Shown here in pieces: positions 28,656 through 38,036 of a DNA stretch of 64,000 bases. The translations under genes were made by a program, and so were the position numbers. Source of the stretch: Candidatus Eiseniibacteriota bacterium (GTDB lineage Bacteria > Eisenbacteria > RBG-16-71-46 > CAZAMP01); assembly GCA_965224245.1 (NCBI GenBank), contig OZ245046.1, forward strand, positions 3,136,001-3,200,000. The letters run 5' to 3'. Under the pieces are notes generated by a model, which saw only the letters and a program-made list of their open reading frames with translations, made no database searches and was not told the DNA's origin. Numbering within the stretch: position 1 is the stretch's first letter; the number at the start of each line of letters is the position of its first letter.

Positions 28656-29540
28656 ATGACGTCCCGGCCTCCGAAGCTACTCGATCTCTGGCGACGGGTT
28701 CCGCTCCCGATCCGCGCGCCCATCAACGGGCTGCTCGTGTTTCTGGTCCTCCAGGCGGGCGCGAGCTCCCTGCTCGTTCTGAACGTGCACGCGCTCCCCC
28801 ACGTGCCGTGGAGCGTCCCGATCAGCCTCTTCTACCTCTGGATCGTGTTCCGATGGCTCGGAGGGCGGTGGGCACCGTCGTCCACGGCCGACGCGAGGCG
28901 CAACGGCCTGCGCGCACGGGGCATCGGCGCGGCCGGATGGAGAGACGTGAGTCAGGTGGTGGCGCTCCTGGTGGTGTTCATCCTCGCGGTGGCGATGCTC
29001 AACTACCGGATCATCGCCGTCCCCGAGGATCCCGACGTGCTGCCCTCCCTGCCGTGGTGGACGCTCCTCCCGATGCTGATCATGGTGTCGATCGTGGCGG
29101 GAGTCTCCGAGGAGTCCGGCTTCCGCGGGTACATGCAGGGACCGCTGGAGAGCCGGTACGGACCCGGCCTCGCCATCACCGTGACGGCCGTGCTGTTCTG
29201 GGTGGCACACCTGAACCACCCATCGGGCCCGGCGCGCTTCCCCTCGCTCCTGACCATCGGGATCACACTCGGGGCGCTCACGTACGTCGTCAGGTCCATC
29301 GTGCCCGCCATCGTCGCCCATGCCGTGGCGGACACCATCGCGTTCGTGGGGAGCGCGTTCGAGATCGGCCCTCGATGGCTGTGGCACCCACCGATGCTGC
29401 GAGACTCGGGCGTCGACGGCGGACTCGTGGGTACGGCGGCGGTCGCGGTGATCACCGGTGTGGGTCTGACGATCGCGCTTCGCCGGCTCGCGGCTCCGAT
29501 CCGAGCTGGCGCCATCGCTGGCTCGGGCGGTGCGATCTGA
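28656..29540 (+). CDS. CPBP (CAAX/Abi) intramembrane metalloprotease
   Basis: EESGFRG, FWVAH and HAVAD motifs; multiple TM segments; GAGGAGG RBS. Confidence 0.88.
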   Translation: MTSRPPKLLDLWRRVPLPIRAPINGLLVFLVLQAGASSLLVLNVHALPHVPWSVPISLFYLWIVFRWLGGRWAPSSTADARRNGLRARGIGAAGWRDVSQVVALLVVFILAVAMLNYRIIAVPEDPDVLPSLPWWTLLPMLIMVSIVAGVSEESGFRGYMQGPLESRYGPGLAITVTAVLFWVAHLNHPSGPARFPSLLTIGITLGALTYVVRSIVPAIVAHAVADTIAFVGSAFEIGPRWLWHPPMLRDSGVDGGLVGTAAVAVITGVGLTIALRRLAAPIRAGAIAGSGGAI

Positions 29541-29647
29541 CATGGGCGCCGGGTGGTCGTGCTCGCCGGGGCGAAGGCCACGCGGCGACAGGTCGAACCG
29601 GCACCGGGAGTCCGAGACGGTGCGGCTCGAGCCGCACCGTCACGCGG

Positions 29648-30901
29648 TCAGAAATACCGGGTGAGTCGAAGCGTCACGTGTCGGTCCCGTCGCAGCACGT
29701 CGACGAGGCCGCCCGGCTCGGTGTTCATGAACCATCTCGCCTCGACCTCCATCGTGAAGCCATGACGGAGCCGGCGCTCGGCCTCGACGAGGACGATCGT
29801 CTCGCCCGTCTCGTAGTCGACGATCGGTCCCCCGAGAATCGACGTGTCGTCGACGTCGTTCAGTGCCCAGCGAAGGCCCACGAAGACGTCGTGATCGAAC
29901 GCGGTGGCGGGCGACCGGCGCCCCCGACCGTCGACCATGAGCTCTCCCACGACCCCCAGATCGGCCGGACCGGGCCCCAGACCGAAGAACGTGTGCTCGA
30001 CACCCGCCACGGCCGCCGCGAACGTCTCGCCGTGCCCGGCGCGGCGGATCGCCTCGAGCTTGACGAGCCAGGGCCCGGTCGTGAGCTGCGCCTCGAGTCC
30101 GCTCTGCTCGATCAGATCGTAGTGCGGCCGGAAGAGTCCGCCGTCCGCTCCGCGCTCGGCCACGAGCCGGGGCTCGCGACTCGTGCCGGAGAAGTGCGAG
30201 AGTGCGACGTCCAGATCGCCCCGCGTGCTCGACCACCGGATCGCGACATCGGGGTGCCATCGACCCCTCGACGATTCGTAGACGGACGGGCCGCTTACGC
30301 GAAGCGGCCCACGCAGCCTGCCGTCGGAGCCCGGGAACGTGCGCGCGCGGAAGACCGGCAGATAGAAGAAATCCACCGACCCCCACGAGCCGTCCAGCGT
30401 GAGGTTCACCATCGGCTGGCCCAGCTTGTCCTCCCCGTCGACGTCCTCCACGCCGTCCGTCTGGTTGACGACGTCCACGAGGTGACGCGCCTCCGTCACC
30501 CCCCAGAACACCTTCCCGACGCCGGCGAGCAGCGACCACCGTGACCCCGTGGTCAGCCAGCTCGCCTCTCGCAGGTCCAGATGCGTTCGCTCCGGGTCGT
30601 GTGCATCGACCCGGAGAAAGGGCCGGAGCGTGAGCACGTGAGCGCCTCGTGACCACTCGTGCACGATCTCCGGCTCCAGCTCGACCGACGGTGAGACGCT
30701 CGCCGCGCTCTGCCCCGCGAAGCCGGGGTCCGCCGGAAACTGCCGCGTCTCCAGCGCGACCTCTCCCGTGATCTCCAGCGCCGGGGCGATGCTCGCTCCG
30801 ATCAGCGCCGTCAGAGCCAGGCCCATGCCCGCTCGCGCGAGACGCGCGAGCGACGCGCCTCGCGAAGTCCGGGTCCGCTCGTCGAATGCCCTGCCGAACA
30901 T
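29648..30901 (-). CDS. Putative outer-membrane beta-barrel protein
   Basis: LDLREA, GKVFWGVTE...DVVNQTD; C-terminal alternating strand ending RYF; follows the LolA-like gene. Confidence 0.65.
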   Translation of the reverse strand: MFGRAFDERTRTSRGASLARLARAGMGLALTALIGASIAPALEITGEVALETRQFPADPGFAGQSAASVSPSVELEPEIVHEWSRGAHVLTLRPFLRVDAHDPERTHLDLREASWLTTGSRWSLLAGVGKVFWGVTEARHLVDVVNQTDGVEDVDGEDKLGQPMVNLTLDGSWGSVDFFYLPVFRARTFPGSDGRLRGPLRVSGPSVYESSRGRWHPDVAIRWSSTRGDLDVALSHFSGTSREPRLVAERGADGGLFRPHYDLIEQSGLEAQLTTGPWLVKLEAIRRAGHGETFAAAVAGVEHTFFGLGPGPADLGVVGELMVDGRGRRSPATAFDHDVFVGLRWALNDVDDTSILGGPIVDYETGETIVLVEAERRLRHGFTMEVEARWFMNTEPGGLVDVLRRDRHVTLRLTRYF

Positions 30902-30903
30902 GA

Positions 30904-33900
30904 CTACCTCACTCTCTTGAGACGAGAGGCGGTGAAGTCCTCCTCGCCGAGCCCGATCTCGAACGTCCAGTCCTCGAACGACAGGAGCGTCGACTTGCCG
31001 GTCTGATGATTGACCATCTCCAGGAGGTGCGGCCGCCAGAACCGATCCAGGTACTGCACGTATCCGGCGTACGTCAGCGTCTTCAGGAGATCGTTCTTGC
31101 GGTCGTAGAAGTCGATCCGCTGGTACCGATACTCCGCCGCGTCGAACCAGACCACCTGTCTGGTGTAGCCGGAGTTCTCGTAGCGCGGTATGCGCTCCAC
31201 GACGAAGCAGTCGACGCCGTCGAGGCGCTCGTCACGCAGCCAGCGATACTCGTACTTCTCCACCTCCTGCGAGAGCAGGTCCTCGTAGGCGAACTCGCTC
31301 CCCACGAAAGGGCCGGACTTGTTGGCCGACGAGATTCGCTTCACGCGCTCGATCGCGGGCAGATACAGCCATTGATCGTCGGGTTCGAGAACACGGGTGT
31401 GAGACAGGAACGCCGTGCCCTTCACGTCCCGGGGCGAGTCGAAGATCACGACGCTCTTCTCACCGTGCCCGGGCTCGGGGTCCTCGAGCGCTCGCCGGCG
31501 CAGCTCACGGCGGCTCTCGTCGCCGTTCCCGTTGCGGAGCACCATCCGGAGCGTGCTCTCGGTGTCGTGCCACCCGCTGTCCCGCCTGAACGCCTCGACG
31601 GCGATCGCGTGTCCTCTCCGAGCCGGATCGACCGCGCCGATCGACGCGTCGCCGGCCGACGGGCTCGGCTGCGCCAGGACGGCAGAGGCGCCGACCGCCG
31701 TCGTGAAGATCAGAAACAGCATCGTTCGCATGGCAACTTCTCCTTTTGCAAGCAGGGGGGTAACCGACCGAAGGGGCTTCTGGAGACGCTCGCGCACGCG
31801 CACGCGCCGGCGATCGAGCGCCATCAACAGCGTCGGGAGCAGAAGAAAGTCCACCGCCATCGCGCACACCACGGTGAGCGCGGTCAGCAGCCCCATGTAA
31901 GACGTGACCCGGAACGTGCTCAGTCCCAGCATCGCGAAGCCCGTGGACACGATGAGGGTCGTCCCGAGAATGGCGCTCCCGACCTGGCGAAACGCGGCCT
32001 CCACCGCTCGCGCCGCGCTCTCGTCACGACGCGCGCGCCGGTACTTCGCGAGGAAGTGCACCGTGTCGTCCACGATGATCCCGATCGAGAGACCCGCGAC
32101 GATCGACACCGCGAACCCGACCTCTCCGATCGTCAGTGCCCAGATACCGAACGCCATCGCCGCCGGCAGCACGTTGGGCACGAGACTGATCAGGCCCAGA
32201 CGCACGCTCCGGAGCGCGATCATGAGGATGATCGCGATCGCGCCGAACCCGATCGCGGTTCCCTTCAGCATGGACTGGACGTTTCGATCGGTGATCCTGG
32301 CGAACATGAGCGCGGGACCGACGCCTCTCGCCGAGGCCATGCTCGGAGCTCCGTTCTCACGCAGCCACGCCTCGGCGAGCTCGACCTCGTGCTCGATCTC
32401 GTCGGTGTCGATCTCGTCGTACGTGACGTCGACGCGCAACGCGCGCTTGTCGACGTTGATCTCGTCGTTCACGTCGAGCCCGTAGGGCAGCGAGAGCTCG
32501 TAGAGAAGCAGGTACTGCGCCCCGAGGTCGCGGGTCTCGGGCAACCGGTGGTAGGCCGGGTCGTCACCGTGCATGTTCATGTTCAGGCGCTTCATCGTGT
32601 CGGTGAAGCTACGCACGTGGATCACGGCCCCGCGACCGCGCAGCCAGTCGGTGAACGCCTCCACTCGATCCAGAAACGCCGGATCGCTGACCCCCTGCGT
32701 CTCGCCCGAATCCAGCGAGAAGCTGGCGACGTACTGGCCGGTCAGATGATCGAACGTGAACTCGGTGGCCTGCCGGAACGGAAGCGAGCGCGCGAAGTAC
32801 TCGAAGAACTGATCGTTGATGTTCAACAGCGAGATCGAGCTTCCGAGAACCACCGTCACGAGGCTCGAAACGACGAGGACGTTCCGCCGGTGGCGGACGG
32901 TCAGCCTGGCGACCCACTCCGAGAGCCGCGCCGTTAGCGGGAGCCGTCCCCCGGTCACGCGGGGAGCCGGGAGGCTCGCGACCACGGCGGGAAGCAGGGT
33001 CATCGCGTACACCCAGGCCACCACGACGCCCAGGGCGGTGAGGTTGCCGAGCAACCGGAACGGCGGTGCATCCGAGAAGTTCAGGCTCAGGAACCCGATG
33101 ACCGTGGTCAGGCTCGTCAGGAACACGGGCTGAACGTTCACCTGCATGGCCTCGACGAGCGCGTCTTCTCGAGGTCGCCCCCGCCGCAGCGCGTTCAGAT
33201 AGGACACCAGAACGTGAACGGAATCCGCGATCGCCAGGGTCAGGATGATCACCGGCGCCGCCGCCGACGCCGGGTCGAGCAGGAGCCCCATCCGGCCCGC
33301 GATGCCGAGCGCGACCGTCGTCGAGAGCACGATCACGAGCAGCGTCGCCACCGTGCCGGTGCCGGTGCGGAGGAACAGGAACGTGGCCAGAACCAGCATC
33401 CCGAACATCAGCGGCATCGCCAGGGACATGTCGCGCCGCGGCGAGTCGGCGAACGCGTCGTTCATCATCGAGATCCCCGAGACGTGGAGCTCGATCTCCG
33501 GATACGCATCCCGGTAGCGCCGCTCGAGCTCTCGCACGCGCGCCACCGTGTCCCTGAGCTCCTGCTGCGACTTGCCGGGCAGCACGATCCGGACGTTCAC
33601 CCCGGTGGCCGAGCCGTCGGGCGCCACGATGCGTCGAACCAGGAGGGGCTCGGCCAGCGAGACCTCCCGCGCGCGCGCGACGATCGCGGGTGTGATGCCC
33701 CCCCCGGGGACGAGATCCTCGACGACGAGCTCGTCGTCGTTCGCCCACGTGTGCTGGAAGTTCGTGATGGCGTCCACGCGCGTCGCGTACGGAATCCGCC
33801 ATGCGTCGTCGGTCAGCGACCGGACCGCGTCGAGGACGCGGGGCGTGAACACGTCCTCGCCCTCCGGATGCAGGACGAAGAGAACGTTGTCGTTCTTGGT

Positions 33901-34107
33901 GTACGTCTTCTCCATCGCCTCGAAGGCCAGGAGATCGGGATTGTCCTCGCTGAAGAAGACGCGGTAGTCGCTGGACAGGCCGAGCCGCGTGATGCCACTC
34001 CCCACGAGCACCGCGAGGAGCACGCTCGCCAGGATCACCCACCTCCGGTGCCGCACGATCCAGCGGGTGTAGCGCTCGATCGGGGCGCGTTCTCTCTCGT
34101 CTGCCAT
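30904..34107 (-). CDS. MMPL/RND transporter fused in frame to an outer-membrane lipoprotein-sorting (LolA-like) domain
   Basis: Two TM bundles with IADSVH and GIIVDDTVH; then DDQWLYLP...VKRISS...FVGSEFAYED; no stop between the parts; internal AAGGAG plus ATG at 31731. Confidence 0.85.
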   Translation of the reverse strand: MADERERAPIERYTRWIVRHRRWVILASVLLAVLVGSGITRLGLSSDYRVFFSEDNPDLLAFEAMEKTYTKNDNVLFVLHPEGEDVFTPRVLDAVRSLTDDAWRIPYATRVDAITNFQHTWANDDELVVEDLVPGGGITPAIVARAREVSLAEPLLVRRIVAPDGSATGVNVRIVLPGKSQQELRDTVARVRELERRYRDAYPEIELHVSGISMMNDAFADSPRRDMSLAMPLMFGMLVLATFLFLRTGTGTVATLLVIVLSTTVALGIAGRMGLLLDPASAAAPVIILTLAIADSVHVLVSYLNALRRGRPREDALVEAMQVNVQPVFLTSLTTVIGFLSLNFSDAPPFRLLGNLTALGVVVAWVYAMTLLPAVVASLPAPRVTGGRLPLTARLSEWVARLTVRHRRNVLVVSSLVTVVLGSSISLLNINDQFFEYFARSLPFRQATEFTFDHLTGQYVASFSLDSGETQGVSDPAFLDRVEAFTDWLRGRGAVIHVRSFTDTMKRLNMNMHGDDPAYHRLPETRDLGAQYLLLYELSLPYGLDVNDEINVDKRALRVDVTYDEIDTDEIEHEVELAEAWLRENGAPSMASARGVGPALMFARITDRNVQSMLKGTAIGFGAIAIILMIALRSVRLGLISLVPNVLPAAMAFGIWALTIGEVGFAVSIVAGLSIGIIVDDTVHFLAKYRRARRDESAARAVEAAFRQVGSAILGTTLIVSTGFAMLGLSTFRVTSYMGLLTALTVVCAMAVDFLLLPTLLMALDRRRVRVRERLQKPLRSVTPLLAKGEVAMRTMLFLIFTTAVGASAVLAQPSPSAGDASIGAVDPARRGHAIAVEAFRRDSGWHDTESTLRMVLRNGNGDESRRELRRRALEDPEPGHGEKSVVIFDSPRDVKGTAFLSHTRVLEPDDQWLYLPAIERVKRISSANKSGPFVGSEFAYEDLLSQEVEKYEYRWLRDERLDGVDCFVVERIPRYENSGYTRQVVWFDAAEYRYQRIDFYDRKNDLLKTLTYAGYVQYLDRFWRPHLLEMVNHQTGKSTLLSFEDWTFEIGLGEEDFTASRLKRVR

Positions 34108-34129
34108 GACCCTCTCCTCCGTTCCAGGT

Positions 34130-34212
34130 TAGAAACCATTCGGTCAACAACTATTGGCTCGACGCCCCGAGACGGCCTTCGTGGCTAATTCGGAACCAAT
34201 CAGTCAACAATA
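34130..34212. promoter_or_regulatory. Two operator-like boxes upstream of MMPL
   Basis: AGAAACCATTCGGTCAACAA (34131) and AATTCGGAACCAATCAGTCAACAATA (34187), similar to the box at 34855. Confidence 0.6.
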
Positions 34213-34228
34213 CTGCTGCATGAAACCG

Positions 34229-34810
34229 TCACGCCCGAAGCGCGGACAGCATCAGATCGACGATGGACGAGCTCGTGAACGCCGGAGACGACTTCGAGAC
34301 CGCCACCAGACCCGCGGACGTCGTCATCAGGTAGGTCGCCAGCTCCCCCGCCGTCGCATCCTGCCGGAAGTCGCCCGCCACCTGTCCCTCCTCGAGGGTC
34401 GCCGTCAGCGCCCGCGCGACGCGCATCTGGTGGTGTCGCAGCGTCTCGCGAACCTCCTCGTCGTGCGGTGCGAGCTCGACCAGGGTGTTCACAGCGAGAC
34501 ACCCCTGCTGGACGGCGCCATCGCTTCCCAGTCGCTGCACGAGCTCCAGGTACCGCCGGATCGCCTCCACCGGTGAGGACGCTCCCTCGATCGCCGCCCG
34601 CATCTCCCCGTGCAGCTGATCCAGATAGCGGGTCAGCACGCGGACGAAGAGCGCGTGCTTGCTTCCGAAGGCCTTGTAGATGCTCCCTTTCTGGAGCCCC
34701 GTGGCCTTCATCAGGTCGGCAAGCGACGTGGCTTCGTATCCATGCTCCCAGAACGGCTGCATCGCGGCGTCCAGCGCCTCGTCGATGTCGAACTCTCGCG
34801 GGCGAGCCAT
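34229..34810 (-). CDS. TetR family regulator (ComR/NemR-like)
   Basis: MARPREFD...FWEHGYEATS...SIYKAFGSK...GCLAVN. Confidence 0.9.
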   Translation of the reverse strand: MARPREFDIDEALDAAMQPFWEHGYEATSLADLMKATGLQKGSIYKAFGSKHALFVRVLTRYLDQLHGEMRAAIEGASSPVEAIRRYLELVQRLGSDGAVQQGCLAVNTLVELAPHDEEVRETLRHHQMRVARALTATLEEGQVAGDFRQDATAGELATYLMTTSAGLVAVSKSSPAFTSSSIVDLMLSALRA

Positions 34811-34854
34811 CTCGTCTCCTCGCATCCGGCTGACGGGTTGCCGGACGATACGCG

Positions 34855-34880
34855 AATTCGGAACCAAATGGTTCACAATA
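34855..34880. promoter_or_regulatory. Probable autoregulatory operator (GAACCA-AA-TGGTTC)
   Basis: Palindrome; AATTCGGAACCAA identical at 34187-34199 and 34855-34867. Confidence 0.6.
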
Positions 34881-34894
34881 TTGTCGCTCCGGCG

Positions 34895-36049
34895 TCACCG
34901 TGGGCGCTCCGGCGCGACCGGATCGACGCCCAGGGCCAGGCGTCCGCTGAGGACCATCTGGCGCCGCTTCGGCAACGGGTGAAAGTGCATGGCACGAACG
35001 TCACGCGCGATCCGCTCCACGACGTGCCCGCGCATGAAACCCGGACCGCCGACGAGCTCGACCGCCAGGTCGACGGTCGCATTGACGGCGTCGGTCACGA
35101 TCGACTTCCGGGTCAACATCTCGCTGCTGAGCGCCATCGACGGCGTGAATCCGTGATTCCCGTTCGCGCGGATCATGTCGGCCAGGCCCATCCTCGCGAT
35201 GGTGAGTGCATTCGTCATCTCACCCACGACCGTCGCCAGCTCGTGTCCCCGGAACCGTGCGGCCTCGATCGCGCGCTCGGCGGCGACCTCGGCCAGACCG
35301 ACGTAGGTCGAGGCAATCAACGGCAGGGCGGTGGGAATGATCACATCCCAGACCGGGTGCCACACGCCGGCCGGACGGCGCAACAGGATCGCGGCCTCGG
35401 GGACGAAGATCCCGTCGAGGATGACGTCGTGCGAGCCGGTTCCCCGCATGCCGAGCGCGTCCCAGGTGTCGACCCGCTCGACGCCCTCGTGGGTGAAGGG
35501 CAGGGCGACGTGCAGCACCTCCCCGCCGTCCTCGGTCTCGTGATGGACGCTCGTCACGAACAGCTGCGCCCCGGGCGAGCCGCTGACGAACCGCTTGTGC
35601 GCCGTGATGCGGAAGCCGCCGGGCACCCGTTCGGCCGTCCCCGACGACGAGAGCCAGTCGTTGGCTCCGGTGGTCGCGATGACCAGCTGTTCGTCCGCGA
35701 TCCGGCGGAGCGTCCTGGCGGCACCTTCGTCGCCCTGTGCGTGCTTGAAGACGTTGGCGCCCACCGGGTGCGCGTGCATGGCGAACGCGAGGGACGTGGA
35801 TCCGCACCCCCGCGCGAGGGTGCGGATCACGTCGCACGTCTCCTCGAACGTGGCCCCACCGCCTCCCAGCTCCGCGGGAATGCCGGCCCAGAACAGACCC
35901 GCCTCCCGGAGATCCCGGTAGTTCTCGTGGACGAACTCGCCGCTCGCGTCGTGCTCCGGTGCGCGCTCCCCGAATCGTTCGCTCAGATCCCGGGCCACGC
36001 TCACCCAGCGGGTACGATCTTCCGTCTGCTTCAGGCTCGCCGTGCTCAT
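34895..36049 (-). CDS. Acyl-CoA dehydrogenase-fold protein, probably a flavin-dependent monooxygenase
   Basis: IPAELGGGG, STSLAFAMH, KRFVSGS, WDALGMRGTGSHD, ERIARD; coupled to the flavin reductase. Confidence 0.85.
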   Translation of the reverse strand: MSTASLKQTEDRTRWVSVARDLSERFGERAPEHDASGEFVHENYRDLREAGLFWAGIPAELGGGGATFEETCDVIRTLARGCGSTSLAFAMHAHPVGANVFKHAQGDEGAARTLRRIADEQLVIATTGANDWLSSSGTAERVPGGFRITAHKRFVSGSPGAQLFVTSVHHETEDGGEVLHVALPFTHEGVERVDTWDALGMRGTGSHDVILDGIFVPEAAILLRRPAGVWHPVWDVIIPTALPLIASTYVGLAEVAAERAIEAARFRGHELATVVGEMTNALTIARMGLADMIRANGNHGFTPSMALSSEMLTRKSIVTDAVNATVDLAVELVGGPGFMRGHVVERIARDVRAMHFHPLPKRRQMVLSGRLALGVDPVAPERPR

Positions 36050-36687
36050 CTCGATTCTCCTTCCGGCCTCGCGGCCGATCTCGTCATGGACTGGACACCC
36101 GAGGTCGCCGGCGCGGCCGCCTTCGGGGTCGGTTTCATGGGGTGGGGTACCCCGTAGGAACGGGCGGTGTAGAGGAGCGGGTCTCCCCCACGGCCGCTCA
36201 CCGCCACCACGCGACCGATGAACACCGTGTGCGACCCGGCCGCGTGGGATTGCTCGAGCACGCAGTCGAAGGCGGCGACGGCATCGCGCAGTCGAGGCGA
36301 GCCGGTCGCGCCGCGCGACCAGTCGCCGGGTGTGAACCCGTACGCGTCGCCGCTGGACGGGTGACCCGCGAACGTGTCCGCCAGCTCACGATGGCGCGCG
36401 GCGAGGAGGTTCACCGAGTAGACGCCGTTCTCGACGATCGCGTCGTGTGCGGGGCTTCGCCGGTTGACGCAGACCAGGATCATCGGAGGATCGGCAGACA
36501 CCGATGCGACCGAGCTCACGGTGATCCCGAACCGTCCGCCGGACCCGTCCGTGGTCAGAATGCCCACCCCGCTCACGGCGCTCGCCATCGCGTCGACGAA
36601 GTCCGCCCTGGCCACGGCCTGCGGGCGACGCTTGGCCCGACGGACGCCGGGCGCGGTAGGAGTGGTCCGAGTGCTCTGGATGAACAA
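36046..36687 (-). CDS. Flavin reductase (HpaC/DszD-like)
   Basis: GITVSSVASVSADPP, GSHTVFIGRV, PLLY; GAGGAGGAG RBS. Confidence 0.88.
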   Translation of the reverse strand: MFIQSTRTTPTAPGVRRAKRRPQAVARADFVDAMASAVSGVGILTTDGSGGRFGITVSSVASVSADPPMILVCVNRRSPAHDAIVENGVYSVNLLAARHRELADTFAGHPSSGDAYGFTPGDWSRGATGSPRLRDAVAAFDCVLEQSHAAGSHTVFIGRVVAVSGRGGDPLLYTARSYGVPHPMKPTPKAAAPATSGVQSMTRSAARPEGESR

Positions 36688-36707
36688 CGTGCTCCTCCTC
36701 GGTTCGG

Positions 36708-36733
36708 AATTGGACCGACTAGTTGGTCCAATT
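36708..36733. promoter_or_regulatory. TetR operator AATTGGACC-N8-GGTCCAATT
   Basis: Perfect 9-bp arms; 20 bp match 37361-37380 in inverted orientation. Confidence 0.7.
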
Positions 36734-36753
36734 CACAGACAAATAGAACGCGA

Positions 36754-37347
36754 TCACGCGGACTGCCCGACCGGCCCGCGAACGTCGCGGCGGAAACGAT
36801 CCAGCGCCCGAACGACGTAGCTCCAATCGTCGTGCGCCTTTGCCAGGATCAATGCGCCCTCCACGACGATGATGAAGTGCTCGGCCAGGTCCTGGCTCGT
36901 GCTGGCGGCGGCGATCCCTTCGCCCGATGCCAGCGGCTCCATGCCCCCGGCCAGGTTTGCGGCGACCCTCTTGAACAGGTGCGACACCGCCCGGTGGATC
37001 CTGGGGTTCGTGTCCCCGAGATCCAGTGCGAAGTTCCCGAGCAGGCAGCCCCTGCCCCACAGCTCCCCGGCGATCCCGGCGATGTGATCCACGAGCACGA
37101 GCGCCCGCTCCACGGGGTCGGCGATCGCGCCCTGCGGCCCCCCGGCGATCAGGCGGTCGTTGCGCATCGCGAAGGCCTCCAGAACGGCCAGGCCGAGATC
37201 CTCCTTCGTCGAGAAGAAGTGATAGAAGCTCCCCTTGCTCACGCCGGCGGCCTCGCAGATCTCGTCCACCCGGGTGGCCGGGTAGCCGCGGGTCAGCATC
37301 AGCTCCTCGGCGGCCTGGATGATCTTGTCTCTCGTCGTGTTGCTCAT
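36754..37347 (-). CDS. TetR family regulator (NemR-like)
   Basis: TRDKIIQAA...GVSKGSFYHFFSTKEDL...GCLLGN. Confidence 0.9.
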   Translation of the reverse strand: MSNTTRDKIIQAAEELMLTRGYPATRVDEICEAAGVSKGSFYHFFSTKEDLGLAVLEAFAMRNDRLIAGGPQGAIADPVERALVLVDHIAGIAGELWGRGCLLGNFALDLGDTNPRIHRAVSHLFKRVAANLAGGMEPLASGEGIAAASTSQDLAEHFIIVVEGALILAKAHDDWSYVVRALDRFRRDVRGPVGQSA

Positions 37348-37360
37348 GGGTCGAACTCTA

Positions 37361-37380
37361 GACCAACTAGTCGGTCCAAT
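37361..37380. promoter_or_regulatory. Probable autoregulatory TetR operator
   Basis: GACCAACTAGTCGGTCCAAT is the reverse complement of 36709-36728. Confidence 0.7.
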
Positions 37381-37486
37381 CAAGCCTTTTCTGAAGGAAA
37401 ACCTCGACCCTGATCAACTCATTATTCGATTGGAAGTTAGGTCGACTTGACGGAACGCCGGCCACCGGTCCACACTCCCGAAAGCC

Positions 37487-37873
37487 ATGACACGATACCG
37501 TCCGGACACGAGATCGAGCACCTCTCGACGCGTGGCCCTCATCCTGGGCTTGCTCGCGATCCTCCTCGCCTCCACGCCGATCGAGGGGCTGAGCTCTCTC
37601 GTCCCCGCCACCGACGGGGACACATGTTGCGGTGAGCAGCCGGCGGACGACGCGACCGATCCGTCGAGCGCGGCGGAGCCGCCGTCCGGCGACGACTGCT
37701 GCCCGTCAGGCTGTCACGGTTGTTTTCTGAAGTGCTGCATGGGCCTTCTCAGCCTGCGTCCGGCACCGGTGTTGGCACTCCCCGACGTCACCTCCAGCGC
37801 GGCCGTCCTCGAGGCCTGCCGCGTCCCGGCCTCCGCGCCTCGCGGGGTCATCGAGCGCCCCCCCAAGCGCTAG
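37487..37873 (+). CDS. Small exported Cys-rich protein (CzcI/DUF2946-like)
   Basis: Signal/TM segment, CC...CCPSGCHGCFLKCC, C-terminal IERPPKR; first gene of the metal RND operon. Confidence 0.6.
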   Translation: MTRYRPDTRSSTSRRVALILGLLAILLASTPIEGLSSLVPATDGDTCCGEQPADDATDPSSAAEPPSGDDCCPSGCHGCFLKCCMGLLSLRPAPVLALPDVTSSAAVLEACRVPASAPRGVIERPPKR

Positions 37874-37961
37874 CTCCGCCCCGCGGAACCGAGAACGAAC
37901 CCCAGATTCCGTTCGTCTCGATCCACGTTCACACTCCGTCCGATGTTGGGGAGGAACCTTC

Positions 37962-38036
37962 ATGCCTGCTCGCTTCCGGTGCCCCGAGCCTGACGGGTCG
38001 AGCGCCCGTGTGAAGACAGGAGATTACCCACGATGA
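37962..38036 (+). pseudogene. 24-codon mini-ORF at the expected position of the outer-membrane factor gene
   Basis: GGGGAGGA RBS, MPARFRCPEPDGSSARVKTGDYPR*, ATGA overlap with the adaptor start. Confidence 0.4.
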
